NCBI RefSeq assembly: GCF_035084215.1
Contig: NC_090351.1
Coordinates: 33,852,001-33,916,000, forward strand
DNA: 64,000 bases
Source of the DNA: Heptranchias perlo
Taxonomy: Eukaryota
Direction of reading: 5' to 3'
The position numbers were made by a program, and so were the translations under genes. The notes under the pieces were generated by a model, which ran no database searches, had not been told where the DNA came from, and saw only the letters and a program-made list of their open reading frames with translations. Shown here piece by piece: positions 50,933 through 62,790 of this stretch. How positions within the stretch are numbered: position 1 is the first letter of the stretch; every line of letters begins with the position of its first letter.

Positions 50933-53900
50933 CTGGACAAAATGGAAAAATATTAAATCAATCAATGGGAGGGGAGTAATATTAAGGGATATTGGGATTT
51001 CTGGTGGCAAATAATTTATCACTCAGAAACTGCCATTTTCACTAGCTCCAGGACTTTTCATAGAAAACTGTAGTACTCAGACTGGAACTCATGCTATCAA
51101 TGTGTGGAAATACATGGCATTTACAATAGAATGTCACAGAGTGCCAAAACACTCCTCCCGATAAGGGAGAAGGAGTGTCCGGACCTTAAAGGATAGTGTT
51201 TATTAGTAAATCTGTGGAAAATAATGACAAAGGCAAAATAGAGAGAGAAATGATAAAGCAGAGAGAGAAAAGTTCAGTATTTTATACTAGAATGTGGCTT
51301 TGCGGGATTGGAAAGTTAAGCGCTGAAAGAAAAGTCATGAGAGACCAGGCTAAACCAAGGTTAAAATTAAACCAAGATTAGGAATTAAAAACTATTGGGG
51401 GAGAAATTGGTTAGTGTCCAACTACAGGCACGTAGGAACATCAGGAACAGGAATAGGCCATTCAGCCAATTAGATCATAGCTCATCTGTCCCTCAACTCC
51501 AGCACGAAATGGGTAACACAACTGCAACACAGTGCAAGCTCCGTCTAGTTTTTCACCAATTTCAGATCAGGGTCCTACAACAGGCGTTAGGCCCCTGATT
51601 AGCATATGGAAAGGGGGCAATCTCCTGTTTCAGGTGGAGCCCGGGACCTCTAAATACCGCCCGATCCAATTTCGCATTTGGTGTACTTCAGGGGTGATTC
51701 GGGCACAGGACATAGTGCACCAAAATTGGTAGGTTTTTCGCCCACTCTAAGCCCAAAAAGTGGCAGCTGTCTCCTTGGCTTCAGGACTGGTCCTCTCTTG
51801 ATGCTGCTTGCTTGCCTTGTTGCTCAGCTTTCTCTTGTTGCTCAATTAAAAGGCCTCAATCTATAGCAATGTTCTGCAGTATACCGTAACTATTTTTCCA
51901 ACCTTCCATGGGCAATGTGGCAATTCACCTCCTGAGCAGTCCAACCATATGAAGCGCTAACTCAGAATCTCAATCATTTGCTCAGTGTTGTTGAGACAAG
52001 GGTATCATTATATCCTTGCGTGGCTTAGTATGGGAGTGGTGTTCACTCTATACCCTACGCCTCTCAAGTCTTCCTGTTAAGAGAACGGAGCATTAACTTG
52101 TATGATTCCCATCCGTGCATCACACATCTGTACATTGATTCAATGATGTATGTAATGTCTCTCTGTCTGAACACTATTCAACTCCTTTGATCGCCTTGAT
52201 AACGGGCAGTTGGAAAGATTATCTGTAATCACCAGGCATTGTTCTCTGACTATATATGCGGTACCTTTCATGGAATCCCACACTTACCTGACGAAGGAGG
52301 AAGCCTCCGAAAGCTTGTGATTTTAAATAAAGCTGTTGGACTATAACCTGGTGTTGTAAGACTCCTTACATTGATTCAATGGAATTCCTTTTGATTGATA
52401 TCAGGATTGTGGTTTAGTGACTGAATGTGCATAGCAAATGATGCGCTGCACCTTTGGAAACCTACAAACACAATGAAGAGCAAACAGCCTTGGCTGCTGT
52501 TTCTGTTTGGTATTGCTGAATTTTATGTACCCATGTGCGTGCCTTTGGAAGGTTTCTGTAATGTCCCTTGTGCAACAGTTGACAGCATTTCCCTTGACTC
52601 CTGAGATGTCAGCCACTTCGTTCCTGGAAGGTATATAAAATGTTGAGAGCTGTGGTAACTATGACTTCAAATAACAGTACAGTTTTACTGCTTCTTCAGG
52701 TCTTTTGGGAGCACATCATGTCGATTAATTAAGAAATCTTTGCTCAGCTCTAGCCTCTCCTTCTCTAAGATTCATAAAACTACATCTAGCTTAGTAATGC
52801 TTCCCTCTGGGGTAATTTGTCCACACCATGGTGCGCCTCCCACATCCCCATCACACCTGCCTGCTGTTTCTTCCAACTGTATCACCTGGTGTCCAATGAA
52901 TGATGCTTACCTGCAAAAAGCCCCTGTAATAATGCAGTTCTTCTTCTCCCACTTGCAAATGCAACCCTTCACTTGGTAACGAACACCTACTGTCATTGTA
53001 CATTCACAGGTTTTTTTTTACATATCCACCATGAGAAAATCAACACATTTTTCTTGCAGTTTCAAACCACCATGGACATCACAAGCTGCAACACACATTT
53101 TCTCAGCATCCAACTTTTTATTTTACATTGCTCGACAACCTTGATGTATTTGAGGAGTTAATGGAATTGTAGTAAAACTGAATTTGTGTTCATTTAGGAT
53201 GGAACATTTATTCACAGCATTCTATGCACAACAAAAAATTCTTAACTTTTTAAAGGAGGAGGAAAATACAGGCCTCTGAAGGCAATCTATTGTACATGCA
53301 TAAAGTTTTCACTCTTAACAAAACTAAAGGGATATACCTCTCATTGACAACAGCAGTGGCTTGAGAAGCACTTTCAGTTATTCTTGTTGACTCATTAGTT
53401 GGATTAGGCTTTACACTTGTAATTGTGCTTGTATTTATTGGAAAATCTTCACAAGTGTAGGTCGTATTTCCTACAACGGGGAAAAACATATTCTTATTTT
53501 GACCAGCAGATCGCGCGTGGTGGTATGTCAGAAAATTCCATGTAATGGTGAAACATATTATTAGGGCTACTGATTGCCAGTGAATGAATAAGTCAAATTG
53601 CATATTTATTACAGGTGTGTTAGTGATATTTTCAGGCTTGAATTCTATGATTATGTCCATATTTGTATGGGAACTATAAATTAGTGCCTTGATTACTATA
53701 AAAGTTAATTGAACTATGTACTTAATTTTATCTCTTACTTTTCTAAAGCTCAGAATAAGATGGCAGGAAAGATGTTTCACGTTGCAGTTAGTTAGGTCGT
53801 AGTTTTACGAACTGTGTGTAGTGGTAGTGGGAGTAGTGTTGGGAGGGTGTCCCTGCGGTTTGGGAGCGCGGTGGGGGGGCGGAAGGGAGGTGCTGTGATT

Positions 53901-56900
53901 ACCTGGAAGAACCAGGAGGGATATTATGGGACATGGGAGCATAAGACCATAAGAGATAGGAGCAGGAGTAGGCCCTTCGGCCCCTCGAGCCTGCTCCGCC
54001 ATTCAATGAGATCATGGCTGACCTGATTTTTACCTCAACTCCACTTTCCCGCCTTTTCCCCATATCCTCTGACTCCCTTGCTGATCAAAAATTTGTCTAA
54101 CTCAGCCTTGAATGTATTCAATGACTCAGCCTCCACAGCTTTTTGGGGTAAAGAATTCCAAAGATTCACGACCCTCTGGGAGAAGAAATTCCTCCTCATT
54201 TCCGCCTTAAACGGGCGACCCCTTATTCTGAGACTATGCCCCCTAGTTTTAGATTCCCCCATGAGGGGTAACATCCTCTCAGCATCTACTCTACTGAGTC
54301 CCCTCAGAATCTTATATGTTTCAATAAGATCTCCTCTCATTCTTCTAAACTCCAATGAGTATAGACCCAACCTGTTCAATCTTTCCTCATAAGACAACCC
54401 TTCCATACCCGAAATCAACCTAGTGAACCTTCTCTGAACTGCTTCCAATGCAAGTATGTCCTTCCTTAAATAAGGGCACCAGAACTGTACGCAGTACTCC
54501 AGGTGTGGTCTCACCAGCACCCTGTACAGTTGTAGCATGACTTCCCTGCTTTTATACTCCATCCCCCTAGAAATAAATACCAGTATTCATTTTGTCATTT
54601 GGGTGCTGCTCTCATGGCTTGGGGCTCGATGCTTATGATCAGGTTGGGTCAGGGCACGGCAGAGGATTTAAGGATCGCAGAAGGGGGAAGGCAGCAGTGG
54701 CAAAGGGTCGTGGCGGGGTGGGCAGAATCTGATAGCGGCAAGGAGCAGTATGGCAGCAGTATTATGGCTGTGGCCTGATTTTGGGGGCTCCATTCCCATT
54801 AAGTTGCTAAACATCCAACTTCCCTTCCTGGCCCCCATGCCAGTTGACATTGTAAATGGTTTCCACTGCTCAGGCACTGACCTCCTCCCTTTCAAATCCA
54901 TCATCATCTACTCCCTCCTCAAAAAAAAACATCCTCAAGCCCTCTGTCCTTGCAAACTATCACCCCCATCTTCAATCTCCTTTTCCTTTCCAAATTTCTT
55001 GAACATGTTGTCACCTGCCAGCTCCATGCCCAGCTCTCCCTCAACTTCCTGTTTGAATCCCTCCTACCAGGTTTCTGCCTCTCCCACAGTACTGAAATGG
55101 CTCTAACCAAAAGCATGATTGACATTCACTGTGACCATGGTACATTATCCCTCCGCATCTCCCTGACCTCTCTGCAGCCTTTGACATAGTTGATCAAACC
55201 ATCCTTCTCCAGCGCCTCTACTTAAATGTCAAGCTCGGTACAACGGACCTCATTTGGTTCTATGTTTACATTGTTGATTGTAGCCATCCCTAACTGCTCG
55301 TCCTATCCCATTGTCACCTCAGGAGTCCCCCAAGGATCTATCCTTGGCCCCCTCCTCTTTCTCATCTACATGCTGCCCCTTGGCAACAGCATTCATAAAT
55401 GTGGGGGTCAGCTTCCGTATGTTCACCAGTGATAACCTGCTCGACCTCTTCACCACGTCTCTCGACCCCTTGACTGCCTCTGTGTTGTCAGACTGTTTGT
55501 CCGATATCCGGTCTTGGATGAGCCACAATTTTCACCAGCTAAACATTGTGAAGACAGAAGTCATTGTCTTCGGCCCCTGCCCTACCATTGTCATCAAATC
55601 CATCCCCCTCCCCGGCCACTGTCTCGGGCTGAACCAGTTTGTTCGCAAAGTCAGTGTCCAATTTGATCCCAATCTGAGCTTCTGGACCCATATCTGCTTC
55701 ACTACAAAGATTGCTTAATATCATCTGCCTCCATCCCTACCTCAACCTATCTGCCACTGAAACCCTCACCTCCAGACTTGACTATTTCGATGCTCTCCTG
55801 GCTGACCTCCCATTCTTCACCCTTGGAGAACTTCAGCTCATCGAAAACTTTGGTGCCCGTTTCCTATTCCGCACCAAGTCCTCATTTATCATGGTCCTCG
55901 CAAACCTACATTGGCTCTAAGTCCTCAAATCTAAAATTCTCATCCTTGGGTTTAAATCCTTCCATAGCCTCATACTTTCTTGTCTCTAACTTCCTTCAGC
56001 CCAAGAACCACCCCGCCCCTAATTCTCCGTTCCTCTGTCTCTGGCCTCCTCCTCCCTTCGCCCCTCCCTTCAGAATACCTCCCTAAACCCCTTCTTCTCC
56101 ATCTCCTCTAAGAACCTCCTTCAACCTAACTGTTTGTCCAAGCTTTTGGTCATGCCTCCTAATATCTCCTTCTTTGACTCATTATCCATCTTTCCTGTGA
56201 AACACCTTGGGGCATATTTCTATGTTAAAGGCTCTCTATGAATGCAAGTTGGTGTTGTTGTTAATTAAAAGAATTAATGTGTGACTGTCCTGCTGTTCCT
56301 GAAGTCCACTTTCATGCACTCAATGCCCATTTATTTAATTGATTAATTTGCAGCTAGTCCACTACCTCCAAAGGTCGACTGCACTTATTCAGGGCAGATG
56401 TAATTAATAATTACTCTGTGGCTTGATTGTTTCATCTAAAACCCCATTGCATGTATTCAGGGCAAACTTATTTAACTGATTTATTTGCGGCTCACCCCAC
56501 AACCCGATTGTATTTATTCAGGGCAAATATAATTAATTAATTCATAGCTGGGTGTGTTACCTCCAAAGTTTCATTGGACCTATTGAGGACACCTTCATTA
56601 AATTTATTAATTCTGGCCTGGCGTGGCATGGCGTGGCCTGTTCCAATCCCTCCCCCTCCCCTTCCCCCGAAGTACCTTTGCACTTGTTGGGTTGGAATTT
56701 ATTTGTTTAATTCCCAGCTGTCCTGCATCCCCAGGTAATGAGGGTAATTTTGTTTATTTATTTAATTCCTGGCTGGCACACTTCCCCCGAGGCCCTATTG
56801 AAATCATTTACACAGATCCATTTAATTACTGGTTGGCCTGCCTTCCTCCCTGAAGCCTGATTAAATTTATTTAGCCCACATTTATCATTCATTGTCAGCC

Positions 56901-59800
56901 GGTTCACTGATCGTGGAACACAATTCCATCTCTTGAGGCTATACTTGTCTAAAAATTTAAAGTTGAATTAACTTTTAAAACATTGCAAAATTACAAAATA
57001 CCTCACTCTTAGTGGCAAGAGAACCGGTTGTGGACCTAGCTGAGGGACACAGGCGTCAAATTCCCATGGACGTTCTCCCGATAGTCCATTGTAATTTCCA
57101 TGAAAGATCCACAGAAACCTGGGAGATGCTTTACCGGGGTTTCCCGTGGATCTTCCACAGAAATTACGGAGGATGATTGTGAGAATCCCCGCAAAAGTAC
57201 GCCTCCACAGTTTTAGAGGCGTAACATGGCTACCTATAGTGAGGTGACTGATAGTTAATGATCGTGGTAAGTATAAATTAACAGGCATTACTCAGGTGTG
57301 ACAGAGTGGTGACAAAATCGTGACACAATAAGCAAGCGTGACAACGGGTAGTGCATGTAGCTACAAAATAATATACACAACAAAATAATAGGGTTGTAAC
57401 ATAAAGTTTAAATTGAATGGTGGTTAATACCACACAGAGAACAAAACATTGTTCTTTCTTTATGAATAAGGAACATCAAAAAGTGATAATTGGGTTCTAC
57501 TATAAGTGCTAATATCATTGTTGTGTAATCATATTTAATGAAGTTTATATCAATACACGTCCTTATTTGTGGAGCTAATGTTTCCATTCAAAATTAAACT
57601 TTTACAAAATTAAAACAGTTCACATAAAAAAAGAATATAAGACAACATCTGTGTCCAGCTGACAATTGTAAATTTGGATTTTCCCATGTACATGCAATCA
57701 CTGAAGACTTTGCACACATTTTCCTTTACAGATTTTAGATGCAGTATCAATAATAATCAAATTAGATTGTGTAACTTTTAGCTATTAAAGATGTGAATAC
57801 CAAGTTTGATTTTACTCACATGTTTGCAGTGTTAACAATTAAATCAAATTGACTTTAATGCTGTAAATATGCCAGCAAATAAGTGCAAATGATTTGTTTT
57901 ATTTTAGTGTTCAGTTAATGAGGGAAAAATGATTTTAAGTGAAAAAACACTTACCAGTATTGTGGATTTGCACCAAATACCTACAGTTCTTCTCTGCTGC
58001 CTTTCCGAGTGACACTTTAACCATTTCACTGGATATTGTGCCATTAGTATTTGAGGCGCTGCAGTAATATTGCTGATCCTCAGAGATATGCTTGCACTGT
58101 AGATCCAGGTTATTAGAGCGGGAAATCTCTGCATCTTTACTTTGCATCTTTTTATACCAAGTATAAGTGATAGGGAGGGATCCATGGAGTGACTCGCACG
58201 AGACTGAGACTTCAACGCACGGAGCATTTGGGGGGTACACAAATTTAAGAAGTGGCTGAGAAACGACTTCTGTCAGGAGGGGGGGGTGGTGGAGAAAGAG
58301 TCTGTTAGACAGAGTTGGCAACTAGCAGCGAGTGAGGTTAATATCCTGCATCACATAATATATCTGGCTCTGAGGGAGCTGTTTGTGCTGTTTACTTTTC
58401 TTGAAATAAAAAAGTTACCAAAGCCCATTCCAATTTTTTGTTAAAGTTTCTGCGCATTAAGAATAAAGCACTTAGATATTGTGCCCCAGTCAATCGTCTC
58501 ATGAATCCTAATCCGAGACTGCTTCTTTAGCATAATCTTCCTTCCACAAAGCCTCGCAATGACCTCTTCCCAAGTCATTTAAATACGGACCCAATGGGAT
58601 TTCAGATTTTTTGCTGGTGGTGTGGGGACCACAGGCTGGCCTGACAAAAAACCTTTCCGGATGTTCCCTGGCTGGTGGGCCCATCTTCAAATGGCAACTG
58701 ATTTTTCTTGGAGTGATTACCGTTTGAATATGGCGTTGGACCCACACGTAGCCCTGTATGGCAAGTTCGACCGCTTTGTCAGGAGTACTTACCACTGGCT
58801 GTATAGGAGGCTTAGCTGGCGGAATTTCCTGACACGCCCACAAAAGTGACATTGGAACGTAGGGAGGGAGGGAGGGCAGAAAAACCACCCACCCCGCCCC
58901 TCCCGCTTTGGAAGTTCTTAGGGATCAAGTAAGCAGCAGAAAGCAGTCCGGCCTAATTTCCTGCAGCCCCCCCCCCTCCCCCCCCCTCCCCCAACAACAC
59001 ACAAACACCGCAGCAAGGGAAACCCCAAGGAAATTCACACCCTACGGAGGCCAAAACTGAACACAGTTCTCCAGGCATAGCCTCACCAAGGCCAGATACA
59101 ACTTTAACATCACCTCCTTTGACTTATCTGTCACATCCTTCACTACACATTGCAACATTTTATTTGCTTTCTTGACTGCCTGTGAACACTGAACTGACAT
59201 CCATTAAACCCCCCCCCCACCCCCCCCCCACAACCCAAGATCTTTTTCTGGAAGTATAATTTAACCTCATACTCCACATTATTGCTTCTTTGACGTAATC
59301 ACATGACTTTACATTTATCCAGGTTGAATTCTACCTGCTCCCTCTCAGCACATTGACCTACCTGTCCAGGTCCCTTGGACATCTTGGACAATGTTTTCAC
59401 TTAAAGGACAGAATAATCAAAAACAAAGGTTAATAGTAGAGTATAATAAGAATAAATGGCTCAGATAAAGTACCTTCGGATATTTGTAGATACACAGCAA
59501 ACATTGAATCGAATCCAGTCCTTTCGATACCACAGTTGTACCATCCTGTATCTGCTGAACTAAGATTCTTCATAGTAACAACAAATATCCCTTGTGTCTT
59601 GTCATCTTTAATTGATACTTTTCCTTGCCGCCCAAACTGCATATTTGTATCAACTATCATATTACAACCAGTGCGATACCACTTATGACACCAATATTTC
59701 TTGTATGACTCGTATGTCTGGTTGTTGTAATGGCAGTATATTGTAAGTGTTCTTCCCACAACACCTGTTACATTTTCTTCTGCCCACAAGGTACCTGAAA
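50842..59800 (-). CDS. Gene D: divergent V-C2 receptor paralogue (5'-partial; leader not found in window), nearly tailless
   Basis: Exons 59474-59800 (V), 57955-58269 (C2), 53338-53470 (stalk), probable 52531-52623, and 50841-50932 (TM, TAA at 50842-50844). Confidence 0.78.
52146..52366 (+). mobile_element. Short Penelope-like element insertion with 15-bp TSD
   Basis: TACATTGATTCAATG at 52131-52145 and 52367-52381; contains hammerhead core and AATAAA. Confidence 0.75.
52284..52320 (+). ncRNA. Minimal hammerhead ribozyme motif (Penelope type)
   Basis: TTAC-CTGACGA-A-GGAG-gaagc-CTCC-GAAAGCTT-GTGA: conserved core boxes, stem II GGAG/CTCC, stem I TTAC/GTGA, palindromic AAGCTT. Confidence 0.65.
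52531..52623 (-). CDS. Gene D candidate extra stalk exon (phase 2-2, 93 nt)
   Basis: acceptor tataccttccag, donor gtacat, open frame [32 protein letters not shown]. Confidence 0.5.
53338..53470 (-). CDS. Gene D stalk exon
   Basis: [44 protein letters not shown]; the YTCEDF motif matches gene B; phase 1-2. Confidence 0.82.
53940..54577 (-). mobile_element. CR1 LINE 3' fragment
   Basis: ORF 54035..54562 [30 protein letters not shown]. Confidence 0.92.
54830..56262 (+). mobile_element. Degenerate L2 LINE
   Basis: [44 protein letters not shown]; frameshifted; (GTT)n tail. Confidence 0.85.
56320..56560. repeat. Degenerate ~60-70-bp tandem repeat (TATTCAGGGCA-AT-rich)
   Basis: TATTCAGGGCA at ~56386, ~56454, ~56515, each followed by T(A/T)AATT-rich sequence. 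Confidence 0.55.
57955..58269 (-). CDS. Gene D C2-domain exon
   Basis: [35 protein letters not shown]; acceptor ctcctgacag, donor gtaagt; 315 nt. Confidence 0.9.
59474..59800 (-). CDS. Gene D V-domain exon
   Basis: [37 protein letters not shown]; acceptor cttcttag, donor gtactt; 327 nt. Confidence 0.92.
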
Positions 59801-60074
59801 CTAAGAAGATATTTCAGGAATTAGATATTAATTGATTTCTTAATGTATGCCAATATCTTGTCAATTGATAAGTCGGTCTATAATATTAAATATCTTGCGT
59901 CTACTTGTGCCACTTGTTTGTCACATTTACGTCCTGTTGTTACACTTCTACTGTAACAATTTGTTGATTGGCTTAAAGTAGAACAGCAGCAAATAAGAAT
60001 TGAGAAAGTAGGAAATGATTGAATGAAAGCAAGATGAGTGGCTAGAAAAATGCCAGTGAGTATCCAGTAAGGAG

Positions 60075-62790
60075 TAAAGCAACTATACAGTACAGAAGGA
60101 GGCCATTTGACCCATCACGTCTGTGTTGCCTCTTTGTTAAAGCAATCCAAAGCCAACCCAATTGCCCTGCTCTTTCCCCATAGCCTAGTATCTTCTTCTG
60201 CTTCAAATATTTATCCAATTTCTGGCTCAAGCTCTCCCTGTGGCAAAGCATTCCATGCTCCAACAACCCTCTGTGCAAACGTCGCATCTCACTCCCTTAG
60301 TGATCATTTTAAATTGTGGATTCATCACTGAGTCCCCAACTAGAGGGAAATAATCTTTCCCTATTCATTCTATCAAAATTTTTCATAATTTTAAAAACCT
60401 CTATTAAATCTCCACTTAGCCATCTCTACTCCAGTGGAAATAGTCCCAATATCTCAAGCCTTTCCTCGTAACTGTAGTTTTTAAAAATTCGTTCACGGGA
60501 TGTGGGCGTCGCTGGCAAGGCCGGCATTTATTGCCCATCCCTAATTGCCCTCGAGAAGGTGGTGGTGAGCCGCCTTCTTGAACCGCTGCAGTCCGTGTGG
60601 TGACGGTTCTCCCACAGTGCTGTTAGGAAGGGAGTTCCAGGATTTTGACCCAGCGACAACGAAGGAACGGCGATATATTTCCAAGTCGGGATGGTGTGTG
60701 ACTTGGAGGGGAACGTGCAGGTGGTGTTGTTCCCATGCGCCTGCTGCCCTTGTCCTTCTAGGTGGTAGAGGTCGCGGGTTTGGGAGGTGCTGTCGAAGAA
60801 GCCTTGGCGAGTTGCTGCAGTGCATCCTGTGGATGGTGCACACTGCAGCCACAGTGCGCCGGTGGTGAAGGGAGTGAATGTTTAGGGTGGTGGATGGGGT
60901 GCCAATCAAGCGGGCTGCTTTATCTTGGATGGTGTCGAGCTTCTTGAGTGTTGTTGGAGCTGCACTCATCCAGGCAAGTGGAGAGTATTCCATCACACTC
61001 CTGACTTGTGCCTTGTAGATGGTGGAAAGGCTTTGGGGAGTCAGGAGGTGAGTCACTCGCCGCAGAATACCCAGCCTCTGACCTGCTCTCGTAGCCACAG
61101 TATTTATATGGCTGGTCCAGTTCAGTTTCTGGTCAATGGTGACCCCCAGGATGTTGATGGTGGGGGATTCGGCGATGGTAATGCCGTTGAATGTCAAGGG
61201 GAGGTGGTTAGACTCTCTCTTGTTGGAGATGGTCATTGCCTGGCACTTATCTGGCGCGAATGTTACTTGCCACTTATGAGCCCAAGCCTGGATGTTGTAC
61301 AGGTCTTGCTGCATGCAGGCTCGGACTGCTTCATTATCTGAGGGGTTGCGAATGGAACTGAACACTGTGCAGTCATCAGCGAACATCCCCATTTCTGACC
61401 TTATGATGGAGGGAAGGTCATTGATGAAGCAGCTGAAGATGGTTGGGCCTAGGACACTGCCCTGAGGAACTCCTGCAGAAATGCCCTGGGGCTGAGATGA
61501 TTGGCCTCCAACAACCACTACCATCTTCCTTTGTGCTAGGTATGACTCCAGCCACTGGAGAGTTTTCCCCCTGATTCCCATTGACTTCAATTTTACTAGG
61601 GCTCCTTGGTGCCACACTCGGTCAAATGCTGCCTTGATGTCAAGGGCAGTCACTCTCACCTCACCTCTGGAATTCAGCTCTTTTGTCCATGTTTGGACCA
61701 AGGCTGTAATGAGGTCTGGAGCCGAGTGGTCCTGGCGGAACCCAAACTGAGCATCGGTGAGCAGGTTATTGGTGAGTAAGTGCCGCTTGATAGCACTGTC
61801 GATGACACCTTCCATCACTTTGCTGATGATTGAGAGTAGACTGATGGGGCGGTAATTGGCCGGATTGGATTTGTCCTGCTTTTTGTGGACAGGACATACC
61901 TGGGCAATTTTCCACATTGTCGGGTGGATGCCAGTGTTGTAGCTGTACTGGAACAGCTTGGCTAGAGGCGCAGCTAGTTCTGGAGCACAAGTCTTCAGCA
62001 CTACAGCTGGGATGTTGTCGGGGCCCATAGCCTTTGCTGTATCCAGTGCACTCAGCCGTTTCTTGATATCACGTGGAGTGAATCGAATTGGCCGAAGACT
62101 GGCTTCCGTGATGGTGGGGATATCGGGAGGAGGCTGAGATGGATTATCCACTCGGCACTTCTGGCTGAAGATGGTTGCAAACGCTTCGGCCTTGTCTTTT
62201 GCACTCACGTGCTGGACTCCGCCATCATTGAGAATGGGGATGTTTGCAGAGCCTCCTCCTCCCGTTAGTTGTTTAATTGTCCACCATCCATTCACGACTG
62301 GATGTCCCATCCCTGGCATGATCTTGGTGAATCCATGCAGTATGCCATGGCTTTAATATCCTTTCCATAATGGGATACCCCAAATTGTACGCAGTACTCT
62401 AACTGTGGCCAAACCAATGTTTTGCATAAATTAATCAATATTCCTTTACTCTTGTACTCTATACCCCTATTTATAAATCCTACAATTCTATCAGTCTTTT
62501 TTATGGTTTTATGTTCCTCACACTTTCAGGGAATTGTGTGTTTGATCCCCGAGGTCTTATCAAATTGTCTTAAAGTGCCTTAGCAAACAGTGCAGAAAAC
62601 TATCGAGATTTTTTTCACCAAAATGTACCACCTCGCATTTACTGACATTAAATTCCATCCACCACATTATTTGCCCAATCCCACCATTTTACCAATATCC
62701 GCTTGCACCTTCCTTTGGTCCTCATAATTATTTACTGTGCCTCCTATTTTAGCAACACCGGCAAATTTGGACAGCACTCTCTGTCACCTT
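60075..62790 (-). mobile_element. Old CR1 LINE fragment split by a younger LINE
   Basis: CR1-like sequence at 60075-60480 resumes at ~62306 (..gtaactgtagttt | cccatccctggc..). Confidence 0.65.
60481..62305 (-). mobile_element. Young 5'-truncated non-LTR retrotransposon (CR1/Jockey group) with intact reverse transcriptase frame
   Basis: ORF 60541..62319: KAMGPDNIP, NYRPISLLS, QFGFR, DIKAAFDRV, GVPQGSVLGP, MFADD; AATAAA in the 3' UTR. Confidence 0.93.

Noticed and set aside
53250-53780. 176-aa ORF
   Set aside because: Only 53338-53470 is exon-like; the rest is AT-rich intron
58508-58888. Overlapping 126-aa and 75-aa ORFs in gene D intron
   Set aside because: No recognisable motif or convincing splice context
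60541-62319. 592-aa ORF as a host gene
   Set aside because: LINE reverse transcriptase lacking the endonuclease; the first residues come from flanking CR1 sequence
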